Source: Macrostomum lignano | Taxonomy: Eukaryota | Assembly (NCBI GenBank): GCA_002269645.1 | Contig: NIVC01001448.1 | Location: 124,001-188,000, forward strand | Length of the DNA: 64,000 nucleotides | Direction: 5' to 3' | Part shown: in pieces, positions 39,901 through 51,941 of the stretch | Layout of the letters: every line of letters begins with the position of its first letter | Position numbering within the stretch: position 1 is the first letter of the stretch | Made by a program: the position numbers and the translations under genes | The notes under the pieces: generated by a model | What the model was told of the DNA's origin: nothing | Database searches by the model: none | What the model saw: the letters and a program-made list of their open reading frames with translations, nothing else

Positions 39901-42900
39901 ATGCCGCAACACCCGCCTGCTCAGTCGGCCGACTTTGGGCGGGACAAACCTGGCCAACCGGGCCTGGTCCTGGTGGGTGTCCCGGCGCGGCCAGCCCCGG
40001 TTCTACTGGGGCGGCTCGGCGCCAGGAATTCAACGATGCGACTGCGGCGTAACTGGAACCTGTCAGAGAGGCGCCGTGTGCAACTGCGACAGCTTCTCTG
40101 AGGCGTCAGTGGACTTAGTTGAGTATCAGCAGGATACTGGGTATTTCACCTATAAGGAGGATCTGCCAGTTACTCAGCTGAGATTTGGTGATACCGGGTC
40201 CACCGCTGATAATAAGGAGGGTGAGTTGGTCTGGATTTGGTTTTTTGTTTGTCTCTCTCTGCTGTCTGGGTCCCTAAACACGCCAAAGATGTCCAAAGTA
40301 CGCACTCCGATGCACCAAAGACAATGAGGGTTTTTTTACAGTACATCTGGGGTGCCAAGGTACTCTAGATACTACAGTGACAGACAGAGCTTTAAAGTAC
40401 GCCAGAAACGCAATAAGTACATCTGGGACGCTTAAGATTACGGGAAGACACGGTAACTGTCTCAGATACACAAGAAGGTTTCACCGGGGTCACTCAAAGC
40501 ACAACTGATGTGGTAGTAAGGATAACGTTAAACGCAACGTGAGCATTTTTAATTCGAGACAGGGAGCTCTGTGCACCCTGGCGCACTTTAAGCGACATTA
40601 CTGTCACATTGTCACATTAGTGGCATTACTGCCGACTCCCCTGAGCAGGCACACAAGCGCGCGGATACGTACGCAGTCACAGGCACACACTCACACAGGA
40701 GTGTACAGCGGTTCGAACTTTATTTATCGCTAGGCATGTACACTTCATGGCATGTACACTTCATGCGCCTAATTGCAAGGTTGGCCCTCAAGGCCGTTAC
40801 GTTAATTGCACGAGCAGAGCCAAGCCGGGATTTCAATTGAGCCCCAAACTAATATGACTGCACTTGGAATCGAGCCTGGGCCGCTGGAATATCAAAGCAC
40901 CATGCTAGACCACTGGGTTACAATCCCATTTTACTGCGCAAGCGAGCTTCATGATGACCCATTGACTCGGCTTTCCAATCCAGATCTCACACAATCATCC
41001 TGCATGCCTATCTTTTATCACCAGGCCAGTTCACCCTCGGTCCGCTCGAGTGCACAGGCGACAACCTGTTTGACAACACGGTGACATTCCGTAAAACCGA
41101 CGCCACCATTGAAATGGAGCCAATCTACTCGGAGACTGAGCTGGACATCCGGTTTCTGTTCAAGACTACCCAGACTGACGCCGTCTTCTTCCAGATCAAC
41201 GGCAACCGAACCGGTCACTTTATTGAGGCTCGTCTGAAGCGCGGCAGAGAAGTTCAATTCTCATTTAACGCCGGCTACGGTGTGCTGTCAATCAGCTCTG
41301 TGGCCTTCAGCAGCAACCCGGGGGAGAGTCAGGTCACTGTCATCTATAACGACAACGAATGGCATATTGTGCAATTCGAGCGCAATAGGAAAGAGTTTAC
41401 GCTCAGGGTGGACCAGGTCTGTGCAGACTGCCACTGCCACTGGCTCTCTTGTAACTTTCGACTGTCTGACTCTCTTGATCTCCCTCTCTGACCTCTGACT
41501 CTCTTGATCTCCCTCTCTGTCTGACTCTCTCGATCTCCCTCTCTGACCTCTGACTCTCTTGATCTCCCTCTCTGACCTCTGACTCTCTTGATCTCCCTCT
41601 CTGACCTCTGACTCTCTGCGATCTCCCTCTCTGACCTCTGACTCTCTTGATCTCCCTCTCTGACCTCTGACTCTCTTGATCTCCCTCTCTGACCTCTGAC
41701 TCTCTTGATCTCCCTCTCTGACCTCTGACTCTCTTGATCTCCCTCTCTGACCTCTGACTCTCTTGATCTCCCTCTCTGACCTCTGACTCTCTTGATCTCC
41801 CTCTCTGACCTCTGACTCTCTGCGATCTCCCTCTCTGTCTGACTCTCATCCTCTCTCTCTGTCTCTGACTCTCCCTCTCTGATGTCTGACTCTCCCAGAT
41901 CTCCTTCTCTGCCTCTGACTCTCCCAAATCTCCCTCTCTGTCTCTGACTCTCTCCTATCTTCCTCTCAGTCTCTAATTCTCCCCGATCTCCCTCTCTCCC
42001 TCTCCAACTTCTGACTCTCCCCAATCTCCCTCTCTGCCTCTGACTCTCCCCGATCGCCCTCTCTGCCTCTGACTCTCCCCAATCTCCCTCTCTGCCTCTG
42101 ACTCTCCCCGATCTCCCTCTCTGCCTCTGACTCTCCCTGATCTCCCTCTCTGCCTCTCCAACTTCTGACTCTCCTCAATCTCCCTTTCTGCCTCTGACTC
42201 TCCCCGATCTCTCTTTCATACCTCTGACTCTCCCCGATCTCCCCCTTTGACTTCTGATTCTCCCATTTCTACCTCTCTGTCTCTCTTCATCTCCCTCCTA
42301 AAAACACTTGAAATATTGTCCAGATTTATTAATTGTTCGTTACTTACTAATAACAACATGTCTGTCCGCTCGCATCCTTCAACCAGGACGAGACTCGCAG
42401 AGACCGGGAGCCCTCAGACCAGGCATTCCAGTTCTTGAAATTCAACAGTCCTCTATTTGTGGGAGCCACGCAGAATTTCAACGAAGGATATCTGGGGTGC
42501 CTGTCCAATCTGATGGTTAATGGCGTGATGCAGGTGCGTTTTTGTAGCTAACTAACTGATAAACTTTTTTACATTTACCTTTACTGCCTCCTCCTGTGAA
42601 TTATAATCCCTACAATAAACACGGAACACTAATTAATACCAACAAACCAACTTTACTAGTATGTATCAACTTGATGCGTCAACTCCAACCCCAAGTAGTC
42701 ACAACCCTAAACAATCCCAACCCCAAACAACTCCGACTCCACTCAACCCCAAACCCCGCACAACCCCAAACCCCACAAAATCCCAAACCCGACACAACCC
42801 CAACCTCACACAACCCCAAACCCCACAAAATCCCAAACCTCACACAACCCCAACCTCACTCAACCCCAAACCCCACACAACCCCAAACCCCACACAACCC

Positions 42901-45900
42901 CAAACCCCACACAACCCCAACCTCACACAACCCCAACCCCACAAAAACCAACCTCACACAACTCCAACCCCACACAAACCAACCCCACACAACCCAACCC
43001 TAAAAAATCTCTAATCCAAAACAACTCAAACCCCACACAACTCCAGTCCTAAATAACCCCGACCCCAAACAACCCCACAGGACATCCGGGGCATGGTGGA
43101 GCGCGGTCTGGTCACGTACGGCGTCACCGCGGGCTGCCAGCCCCGTTGCCTGGACAACCCCTGCCTTAACCGAGGCGAATGCGTGGAGTACTACTCTCAC
43201 TACTACTGTGAGTGCGGCCTGACCCCCTACCGGGGTTACATCTGCGGCAGGGAGGTCGGAGCCACCTTCAAGTCCAGCTCCGACCAGATCAGCATCGACT
43301 ATTCGCAAAAATCCGCCGCAAAAGGAATCAACACGGTCGATGAATACATTCAAGTTGGATTTAAAACTCGGTCGAAGCTCGGAATTCTAATGCAGATTCG
43401 GAATCCCGATATACCCGAAAATAATCCCATTGAAGGGCCGAGGTTCGTATTCTTCTGCAGTTTAGTTAACATTGATTCATTTCCAAGGGTTAGTTTATCA
43501 AACTCGACAAACACTTCTCAAAGTCGACACTTCTCAAGTCAAGCTCGACACTTCTCAAGTCAAGCTCGACACTTCTCAAATCAAGCTCGACACTTCTCAA
43601 GTCAAGCTCGACACTTCTCAAGTCAAGCTCGACACTTCTCAAAACTCGACACTTCTCAAAGCTCGACACTTCTCAAAACTCGACACTTCTCAAAACTCGT
43701 CACTTCTCAAAACTCGACACTTCTCAAAACTCGACACTTCTCAAAACTCGACACTTCTCAAAACTCGACACTTCTCAAAACTCGACACTTCTCAAAACTC
43801 GACACTTCTCAAAACTCGACACTTCTCAAAACTCGACACTTCTCAAAACTCGTCACTTCTCAAAACTCGACACTTCTCAAAACTCGACACTTCTCAAAAC
43901 TCGACACTTCTCAAAACTCGACACTTCTCAAAACTCGACACTTCTCAAAACTCGACACTTCTCAAAACTCGACACTTCTCAAAACTCGACACTTCTCAAA
44001 ACTCGACACTTCTCAAAACTCGACACTTCTCAAAACTCGACACTTCTCAAAACTCGACACTTCTCAAAACTCGACACTTCTCAAAACTCGACACTTCTCA
44101 AAACTCGACACTTCTCAAAACTCGACACTTCTCAAAACTCGACACTTCTCAAAACTCGACACTTCTCAAAACTCGTCACTTCTCAAAACTCGACACTTCT
44201 CAAAACTCGACACTTCTCAAAACTCGACACTTCTCAAAACTCGACACTTCTCAAAACTCGACACTTCTCAAAACTCGACACTTCTCAAAACTCGACACTT
44301 CTCAAAACTCGACACTTCTCAAAACTCGACACTTCTCAAAGCTTGAGACTTCTCAAACTCGAAGAGTAAAAATTTTTGATAATTAAATGAATTTCATTCA
44401 TACCGCTTCATATTACTAAGAGTAGGTGAAATCTAAACAAACTAGACAAAACACATATTTTAGTAAGGAAACTTAACAACCCGCAGTGAGTCAATCATTG
44501 TTCGTTTAAACAATGCCGGCGGCATCACGGTGGAAATCAATGTCGGATTCCGCTGGCACGAGGTGACAACCAGCGGGCTGGACGTGGATCTGGCTAACGA
44601 TCAGCATCACACGGTTATTGTGTACAGGACTAAGGCTGGCAGGCAGGTGAGCTTCGGGCATAGGGGGAGATGCATGGCCACTTTATTATGGCTGTATTTA
44701 TTGCCAGTATTTAGGGTAACACGGAGAGAGTGGAGGGAGCGGGTGTGAGGGAGAAATTAACAGGGAGAGGGTGAGAGGGTTAGAGTGAGAGGGTGAGAGT
44801 GAAGGGAAAGGGAGAGAAAGACGGGGAGAATGTGAGAGGAACATGGAGGGAGGGGCAGGGAGAGAGTGACAGAGAGTGAAGGGCAGAGAGAGAGTGAAGG
44901 GCAGGGAGAGAGTGACAGGGAAAGAGTGACAGGGAGAGAGTGACAGAGAGAGAGTGACAGGGAGAGAGTGACAGAGAGAGAGTGACAGGGAGAGAGTGAC
45001 ATGGAGAGAGTGACAGGGAGAGAGTGACAGGGAGAGAGTGACAGGGAGAGAGTGACAGGGAGAGAGTGACAGGGAGAGAGTGACAGGGAGAGAGTGACAG
45101 GGAGAGAGTGACAGGGAGAGAGTGACAGGGAGAGAGTGACAGGGAGAGAGTGACAGGGAGAGAGTGACAGGGAGAGAGTGACAGGGAGAGAGTGACAGGG
45201 AGAGAGTGACAGGGAGAGAGTGACAGGGAGAGAGTGACAGGGAGAGAGTGACAGGGAGAGAGTGACAGGGAGAGAGTGACAGGGAGAGAGTGACAGGGAG
45301 AGAGTGACAGAGAGAGACGGAGAGGAAGAGACGGACAGGGAAACGGGGAAAGCTAGAATATATTCAAGTAAACCAATAAAATAATCGCCCCTTTCCACTC
45401 GCACAGGTGAACATCAAGATTGACGACTACCCAGTGCAGTTCCACGACTTCTCACCCATCCTGCACGAGACCTCGGACACTCGGCTGGACAACCCGGCCA
45501 GAATCTACATTGGCAGGAACAGCAGCATGCCTGCAGGATTCGAGGGCTGCATCTACAGGGCTCAGTTCAACAACTTCTTTCCGTTAAAGGCCGCGTTTCA
45601 GGAGCCAGCAAATGAGAGAGTGGCTGTGTCCTCCGGAGTTAAGGAGGACTATTGCGGGAATGAGGAGGTGAGAGGATTTAGCCTTAAATGCTTCAGGGAT
45701 AGTCCTCAATGCTTCAGGATATTCCTAAATGCTTCAGGGATAGTCCTCAATGCTTCAGGATAGTCCTAAATACTTCAGGGATAGTCCTCAATGCTTCAGG
45801 GATAGTCCTCAATGCTTCAGGATAGTCCTAAATACTTCAGGGATAGTCCTCAATGCTTCAGGGATTGTCTTAAATGCTTCAGGATAGTCTTGAATGCTTC

Positions 45901-46398
45901 AGGGATTGTCTTTTATGCTTCAGGGATTGTCGTAAATTATTCAAGGATTGTCTTGATTGCTTCAGGATAGTCTGTGATGTTGCTTCAGGATAGTCTGTGA
46001 TATTGCTTCAGGATAGTCTGTGATTGCTTCAGGATAGTCCGTAATTGCTTCATGAATAACCGCATTGGCAACCCTAACACCCAATTCAGGTGCTGCCCAT
46101 CGCAGACCCGGCAGAAATCCGTCCCTACCCGACCATCCCGCCAAACCTGTCCTTTGTCCGACCGGAAGAGATCCAACAACGCAACCAGACAATCGTGGTG
46201 CTGGTCTCAATCAGCTGTTTAGCCCTGCTCACACTGCTATTCGTTGCCTGCTTCATGCGCAATTACACCTTCGAGCGGGGCGACTACGAGACCAAAGAGG
46301 CTGGCGACGGGATCCTAGATGAAGATGATGCTGATGCAGCGCTTCAACGACAAGGCGGAGCTCTGCCAGCGGTTCGCGGCAAAGAGTGGTGGCTGTGA
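36917..46398 (+). CDS. Nrx-IV: Neurexin IV / Caspr (CNTNAP-like, ~1400 aa); exons 36917-37238, 37320-39133, 39782-40220, 41025-41416, 42387-42533, 43081-43442, 44487-44646, 45407-45667, 46090-46398
   Basis: Domain order discoidin (QWLQIDLG..VLTGVATQG) - LamG - LamG - EGF - fibrinogen-like - LamG - EGF - LamG - TM - band 4.1 motif (GDYETKEA) - PDZ-type tail KEWWL. All junctions are GT-AG and phase-consistent. The exact start codon and a possible 36-bp in-frame intron at 37065-37100 are uncertain. Confidence 0.93.
39245..39490 (+). repeat. 41-bp repeat (about 4 copies) followed by GGTGCTGGCGCCCCTT units
   Basis: Direct repetition; the second part resembles the 1704-2330 unit. Confidence 0.85.
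40660..40927 (-). mobile_element. tRNA-derived SINE, family 1
   Basis: Minus strand reads GGGATTGTAACCCAGTGG (A box)...GGCTCGATTCC (B box); homologous over ~250 bp to 59325-59566. Confidence 0.8.
41460..42290 (+). repeat. 29-bp pyrimidine-rich repeat (CTCTGACTCTCTTGATCTCCCTCTCTGAC)n
   Basis: Direct repetition in an Nrx-IV intron. Confidence 0.92.
42690..43075 (+). repeat. C/A-rich degenerate repeat (CAACCCCAAACCCCACA)n
   Basis: Direct repetition running up to the acceptor at 43080. Confidence 0.85.
43500..44360 (+). repeat. 17-bp repeat (CTCGACACTTCTCAAAA)n
   Basis: About 45 units, stop-free on the + strand; causes the long ORF tails. Confidence 0.96.
44770..45340 (+). repeat. 14-bp repeat (GGGAGAGAGTGACA)n
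   Basis: Direct repetition. Confidence 0.95.
45685..46050 (+). repeat. ~21-bp repeat (ATGCTTCAGGGATAGTCCTCA)n
   Basis: Direct repetition in the last Nrx-IV intron. Confidence 0.9.
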
Positions 46399-47044
46399 AC
46401 TCAGAACCTAAATGAATGTTTGACCCCTGCCAAGTTTATTTAAAGTTCTACTCGAAATCTGATAAATGTCTTCGATAAAAACGTCTTTTTGATTGATAAA
46501 GTGGTACAAAACGGTATTTATCTGAATCATTCCAATCGCCATTTTGCAATGCCATGGCTCACACTTGCAAGTGCAATATTTTTCCATTTTTTGTTGTGTC
46601 CAATTTTCGCAACCAATTTTTTGCCAAGCTTTAAACTTAGCTCTGCTTTGCTTCCTCCTAATCTGATTTTTGATTTTGTAGTCCATTATTGTTTTTGTAT
46701 CATGATTATGTACAATTGCACATTTTTACAGACTGCGCACGCCCGACAAATCGACTGTACAATCAGATTTATTCATGTATTTATTTATATTTGTATTCAT
46801 GACTGGATTGTTTACAAGAAAGTACAGTACGTACGGCTGTTTATTGTTTGAAAGCATCTTTAAACTTTTTGCAATCAAGACATTTTTAGCAATGAAAAAT
46901 TACATTTAAGACATAATTGATTCAACTTTTGTCAATTGCTATCTTGTGAATTTAAATTGGATTGTGAATTTATTTGTCCTTAATACGAATTGGTACAAAA
47001 GTATATTACATGTATTATGCTAGGTATATTCACTCCTGCCCCAC

Positions 47045-47455
47045 TAGGTGACCTCTCCGCTGCCTCAAACAGAGTGACCTCTCCGCTACGACCACTCAGT
47101 GACCTCTCCGCTACGACCACTCAGTGACCTCTCCGCTGCCTCACTCAGTGACCTCTCCGCTGCCTCACTCAGTGACCTCTCCGCTGCCTCACTCAGTGAC
47201 CTCTCCGCTGCCTCACTCAGTGACCTCTCCGCTACGACCACTCAGTGACCTCTCCGCTGCCTCACTCAGTGACCTCTCCGCTGCCTCACTCAGTGACCTC
47301 TCCGCTGCCCCACTCAGTGACCTGACCGCTGCCCCACTCAGTGACCTGACCGCTGCCTCACTCAGTGACCTGACCGCTGCCCCACTCAGTGACCTGACCG
47401 CTGCCCCACTCAGTGACCTGACCGCTGCCACACTCAGTGACCTCTCCGCTGCCGA
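47045..47455 (+). repeat. 24-bp repeat (CACTCAGTGACCTCTCCGCTGCCT)n
   Basis: Direct repetition. Confidence 0.93.
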
Positions 47456-47510
47456 CAGCCTTCCGCCATATTTTATGATTGACACGGCGATTATTCTATG
47501 AGTTGTTCTA

Positions 47511-48853
47511 CGAGGTGTATTCAAAAAGTTCTTTTCGGTGCCCTACAAAACTGAACACAAAACAACTGGAACTATGAAAACACTGTTAGATTGCTTAACA
47601 TGATTCTGTCACTCAACATATTCACCGCCAATGTCTTTGCACTTCTGCCAGCGATTTACCAGGCCTCTGATTCCGGAACTCACACCACTCGCGTCCGTTT
47701 GGCGAACAGCTTGATTGCATGCAGCTTCGATGTGCTCGACGCTGTCAAATCGAATGCCCCGAAGGTGCTTCTTCACAGATGGAAATAAGAAGAAGTCGCA
47801 CGGCGACAAATCAGGCGAATAGGGTGGATGTTGGAGCACTTCCCAGCCCCATTTGCTCAGGAGTTCCACGACGTTGTGCTTGCGATGTGCTGGCGCATTG
47901 TCGTGCAGCAGGATCACGCCAGATTCCAGCAGACCAGGGCGCTTCTTTCGTATTGCTGGGCGCAGCTTCTCCTGCAGAATCCACTTGTAGTAGTCCCCAT
48001 TGACGGTGGTTCCTTGTGGGACTGCCCAGTTCAGCAGGATTCCTTGGGAATCAAAAAACATGACGTGCATGATCTTTATCGCGCCCTGCTTCCTGATGGC
48101 CTTCTGAGGTCTTGGAGAATGTGCTGGAAGCCATTCGGCAGACTGGGCCTTTGTCTCAGGATCCCAGCTGTAAACCCACGTCTCGTCTCCAGCAACAATT
48201 CTTGATAGAAAATCCTCCCCTTCTCGATGGAACCGACGCAGGTGGCTGCTTGAAGCCACAGTTCGCTGCATCTTTTGCTCACCTGTCAGCAGGTGTGGCA
48301 CCCACTTGCAGAACTTTGTCTGTAGAAGACGCTCAGTCAGAATAGTGTGGACGCTTCCTACTGACACACCAACGTCTTCTGCCAACTCTTCGCAAGTCCG
48401 TCGCCGATCATCATCCAAGAGCTCTTGCACTTTCTTCACAACAGTCTCTTTGGTTGCAGTCATCGGCCTTCCAGAGCGGCCATTGTCCTCAACGCTCTCT
48501 CTTCCCTCAGCGAACAGCCGGTACCATTTTCGAACTGTCTGCTCAGTTGGTGCACAGTTGCCAAGCACTTGCTGAAGCTCCCTAAACATATCCGGTGGCT
48601 TTTTTCCTTGCAGAAACTGAAACTTCATCAAGCTTCGAACGTCTTGCTTTGAAAATGATTCAGCCATGGCCAAGAAATTGAGTGGCAGCTGATAGAAATG
48701 TTCGCTGCTCTAACATAGTTGCAAACTGAGACTTAAAACCCTAGGAACGTTTAGGCCATAGACATAACTTGGTAAAATCGCTAAAATTCTGTTTACAACG
48801 CTTTCTAAAAATAAATGCCAAAGGACCGAAAAGAACTTTTTGAATAAACCTCG
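47511..48853 (-). mobile_element. Full-length mariner transposon (1343 bp) with 29-bp TIRs and TA target duplication
   Basis: Left end TA|CGAGGTGTATTCAAAAAGTTCTTTTCGGT; right end ACCGAAAAGAACTTTTTGAATAAACCTCG|TA (1 mismatch). Confidence 0.97.
47609..48673 (-). CDS. Mariner transposase (DD34D), intact 354 aa
   Basis: WVPHLL, GDETW, HDNA and YSPDLSPCD motifs, with exactly 34 residues between the second and third Asp; no stops. Confidence 0.97.
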   Translation of the reverse strand: MAMAESFSKQDVRSLMKFQFLQGKKPPDMFRELQQVLGNCAPTEQTVRKWYRLFAEGRESVEDNGRSGRPMTATKETVVKKVQELLDDDRRRTCEELAEDVGVSVGSVHTILTERLLQTKFCKWVPHLLTGEQKMQRTVASSSHLRRFHREGEDFLSRIVAGDETWVYSWDPETKAQSAEWLPAHSPRPQKAIRKQGAIKIMHVMFFDSQGILLNWAVPQGTTVNGDYYKWILQEKLRPAIRKKRPGLLESGVILLHDNAPAHRKHNVVELLSKWGWEVLQHPPYSPDLSPCDFFLFPSVKKHLRGIRFDSVEHIEAACNQAVRQTDASGVSSGIRGLVNRWQKCKDIGGEYVE

Positions 48854-50093
48854 TATGATTGAACCCCAACTCTAACCCCAAAACTGACCCTAAACCCTAC
48901 TCCTAACACCATGGGTGATTCTTAGCATCTTAGCGATTTCCCCATACGCCTTTAAAGATTAGGTAAATGATTTAGCAGACTACTACGAGCGTAATTTTAA
49001 TTTCAATTAAGATAAGTTCTCCCCTTTGCAGCGTCCACAAAAACTGAACGCACCGGGAAAACTTTTAGTCAGCCCCAACTGGATCGGTGTTAATTATCAG
49101 AGTTTGCAGTTGCCAAGATAAATATTTGCATGTCGCACCAACCCAATGCTGGATGCCAACTCTCATAACTAAAGCATCTGCTACATGTAGATTGCTTATT
49201 TGAGTTTTACAACCTGGTCTGAATTATGCTCAAATCATAAAGCCTAACCTGCCTGGGTTTGGATTGGAAACAACTGACTATAACGGAATTTGCACGAGTT
49301 TAGCTACAATTCTGTATAAAACTGTATGGGCACCAACTGCAGTATCCAGATTCATTGTCAATTGACCTAGCAACTAAAACTAAAACTAAAACTGAAACTA
49401 AAAATAAACTTAGCAACATCAAAGACTCGCCATCACAGAAGATTCCGTCTGTGGTCGCCACTTTTGAGAGTGCAGGTAAAGTCGTTCGACGGTAGGTTCG
49501 ATTCCTAGCTTGATCATGAAATCTTTGGCCCTGAGAAGCTTTTACCTCATGAAAAAATTGTCAACTCGTGAAATCGTCATCTAGTGGACAAGAATATGCA
49601 AATTTTTAGTTTTGACCAAGATTTTCTTGAGTACCGTCAATATTTCGTTAAGTTAAACAAAGCAGTCAAGCTTTATTAAACCCGGGAGTACTGTCCGAGC
49701 TGTTTTAAACAAATAGGTGAAGCAGAATGAATCATTGTATATGCTTGTTGGGCCTCTGACACAGCATTTATTTCACCTTCATCAACCTGCCTTAGGCTTT
49801 CTCATTAACACCGGAAATTTTCTTCGACATGCAGAGCAAACTTGAATAATTGGAAAGTTTTGTGTTGCGTTGTGTTGAGATCGATAACTCTTTGGGTAAA
49901 TATAGAGCAGAATTTGCAAAAATGGTAGGCATGACTCAAGATTCACTCTGGCAAGCATCTTTCTTTGCTTCTGATTTTCTGCGTTGCTTTTTCCCATGTC
50001 TACAATAATTCAGGCTTCTTCTGCTGAGATTTGACTATCGATTGATGACATTGTTGATTCGTAAGCTGGAATGATAAAAAAAAGGCTGTTATT

Positions 50094-50310
50094 GGGGTTG
50101 TAGCCTAGTGGTTAGAGCGTTAGATTCCCGACTGAAAGGTCGGGGGTTCGATTCATTGTGCCATTGAGCAAGACACTTTGGGTGCCTGCATTAGCTGGGG
50201 TAATTGAGGGTGTGTGTGGCGACCCCCCCCCCCAGTCCTTGGACTGAACAGCCGTACGCAGCCTTCAGATGCGCCGCGCAATAGCTGCGGCTGAGCTGTC
50301 GGTAACACAT
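50094..50310 (+). mobile_element. tRNA-derived SINE, family 2
   Basis: A box TAGCCTAGTGG (50101), B box GGTTCGATTC (50145), then GTGCCATTGAGCAAGACACT typical of SINE central domains; no tRNA acceptor-stem closure. The 3' boundary is uncertain. Confidence 0.7.
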
Positions 50311-50649
50311 CTGCATGGTGTACTCAATTAATATTATTCACCGTAAGAAAGCGTGGCTTCAGACTGTGTCAATATAAGCTTTATAGTTATTTGATACCCA
50401 GCACAAGCCGGAAATCATGAGAATTTTGCTGATCAAACATTGCATAAGCTCGTACCTATCTATGATATGGTATTATTGAGGGCTCCTTTATTCACTGATT
50501 ATTAAAAAAAATTTTCATTAAAATATTTCCAGAAAAATTCCCATATTATTTTTGGTATCGATATTGTTAGTACTAAATGTTCGAACACATTTTACCACTC
50601 ATCACATTCACTTATTTTGGCACCACATTCATTCATTCATACAGTCATT

Positions 50650-50940
50650 CATTTTAGTGCCGCGTCACTTATTTTAGTGCCACAGTCACTCATTTTGGTG
50701 CCACAGTCACTCATTTCAGTGCCACAGTCACTCATTTTGGTGCCACAGTCACTCATTTTAGTGCCACAGTCACTCATTTCAGTGCCACAGTCACCCATTT
50801 TTGTGCTAAAGTCACTCATTTCAGTGCCACAGTCACTCATTTCAGTGCCACAGTCACCCATTTTTGTGCTAAAGTCACTCATTTCAGTGCCACAGTCACC
50901 CATTTTTGTGCTAAAGTCACTCATTTTTGTGCACAGTCAC
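50650..50940 (+). repeat. 21-bp repeat (GTGCCACAGTCACTCATTTTA)n
   Basis: Direct repetition. Confidence 0.9.
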
Positions 50941-51221
50941 CCCCCATTTTGGCGCCCAAAAAGCGTTTAGTTCTATTGAATCCATTCATAGTTGTTGCAA
51001 GACTATACTCGTATTTGACAGTCAGCATAAAAAATCACTCATTGATATAGTTTTTTGGTAGACTTTGGTCTTAACCAACTGCAATGAATCAAGGGTCGTT
51101 TTATTTAAAATTCAAACTTTTTTATCGCAGTGACTCGATTTTAATTGAAGTCTCATTAGTACTCAGAGTTATATCGATCGACATCAAGGCTCATGTTATC
51201 GCAAGCCAAACGCTTTCTCCC

Positions 51222-51941
51222 TCAGCTGCGCACGAACAGAGTCCAGTTGGGTCCGGTCAGGCTGGCCGGTGGCTGGGCGAACGCCAGCAGGTGGCAGGCG
51301 AGCAGCCGCTGGGAGAAAACGGCGGCCTGACAGTCGGCTCTGGTGCTGCACTGGAGCAGGCAGTCAGCGTCAGACTGGGCAGCAGCTGGCCAGGACAAGG
51401 TCTTGCTGGTGGTCACTTCAGGGAATTCCGAATGCTTCACAATGTTGTAGATGTTCCTGTCTGAAGCGGATGTTGTTTTTAAAAAGAAGTTATGTGAAAT
51501 ATTACTGCAGTTACATATTAATTTCAGCTTACTCGGATAGGTCAAAGCAAACACCGAGTTGATGGCGAAGCCTCCGCAAGTCTGCGAAGGGTTTCCGGCG
51601 CAGTTCTTGTTGCACTTGCTCTCGTCGAGCTTTCCATGCAAACCATAGGTTGTGCCGCAGAAGCAGTACTTAATGTTCTGCACTGCAAAGTAGGGAAAGC
51701 CGCCTAGAGAGCAGACATCGCTGCAAAACTCCAGTGACATGTTGTCAGGATCGCCTATTATCCCGATTCTAGCATTAATACTGTACGGCCCCAGCTGGCT
51801 CAGTCCCTTCAGACCGGTCAAGTCTCTGTTCGAGTTGTCACCGTCTTGGTAGCAACCGACATATGAGATCTTAGCAACCCTGGCAACTGCGCAGGTCACA
51901 ATAACGCACAGAAGTGTCGAATGAAACAGGGAAATATGCAT
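51222..51941 (-). CDS. Secreted WSC-domain + PAN/apple-like protein (215 aa); exons 51941-51533 and 51460-51222
   Basis: Signal peptide MHISLFHSTLLCVIVTCAVA; WSC YVGCY...MSLEFCSDVC...YFAVQ...CFCG...CNKNCAGNPSQTCGG; C-terminal DCLLQCSTRADCQAAVFS...CHL. A 72-bp in-frame GTAAG..TTCAG intron lies at 51461-51532. Confidence 0.85.
   Translation of the reverse strand: MHISLFHSTLLCVIVTCAVARVAKISYVGCYQDGDNSNRDLTGLKGLSQLGPYSINARIGIIGDPDNMSLEFCSDVCSLGGFPYFAVQNIKYCFCGTTYGLHGKLDESKCNKNCAGNPSQTCGGFAINSVFALTYPSKLKLICNCSNISHNFFLKTTSASDRNIYNIVKHSEFPEVTTSKTLSWPAAAQSDADCLLQCSTRADCQAAVFSQRLLACHLLAFAQPPASLTGPNWTLFVRS

Noticed and set aside
43443-44386. Repetitive extension of the Nrx-IV ORF (KTRHFSKLDTSQNSTLL)
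   Set aside because: A phase-2 donor at 43443 and acceptor at 44486 join cleanly into the LamG domain; the 17-bp repeat is intronic.
50094-50165. tRNA-Gly(CCC) gene
   Set aside because: The anticodon stem pairs poorly, there is no 3' acceptor strand, and it continues into a SINE-type body.
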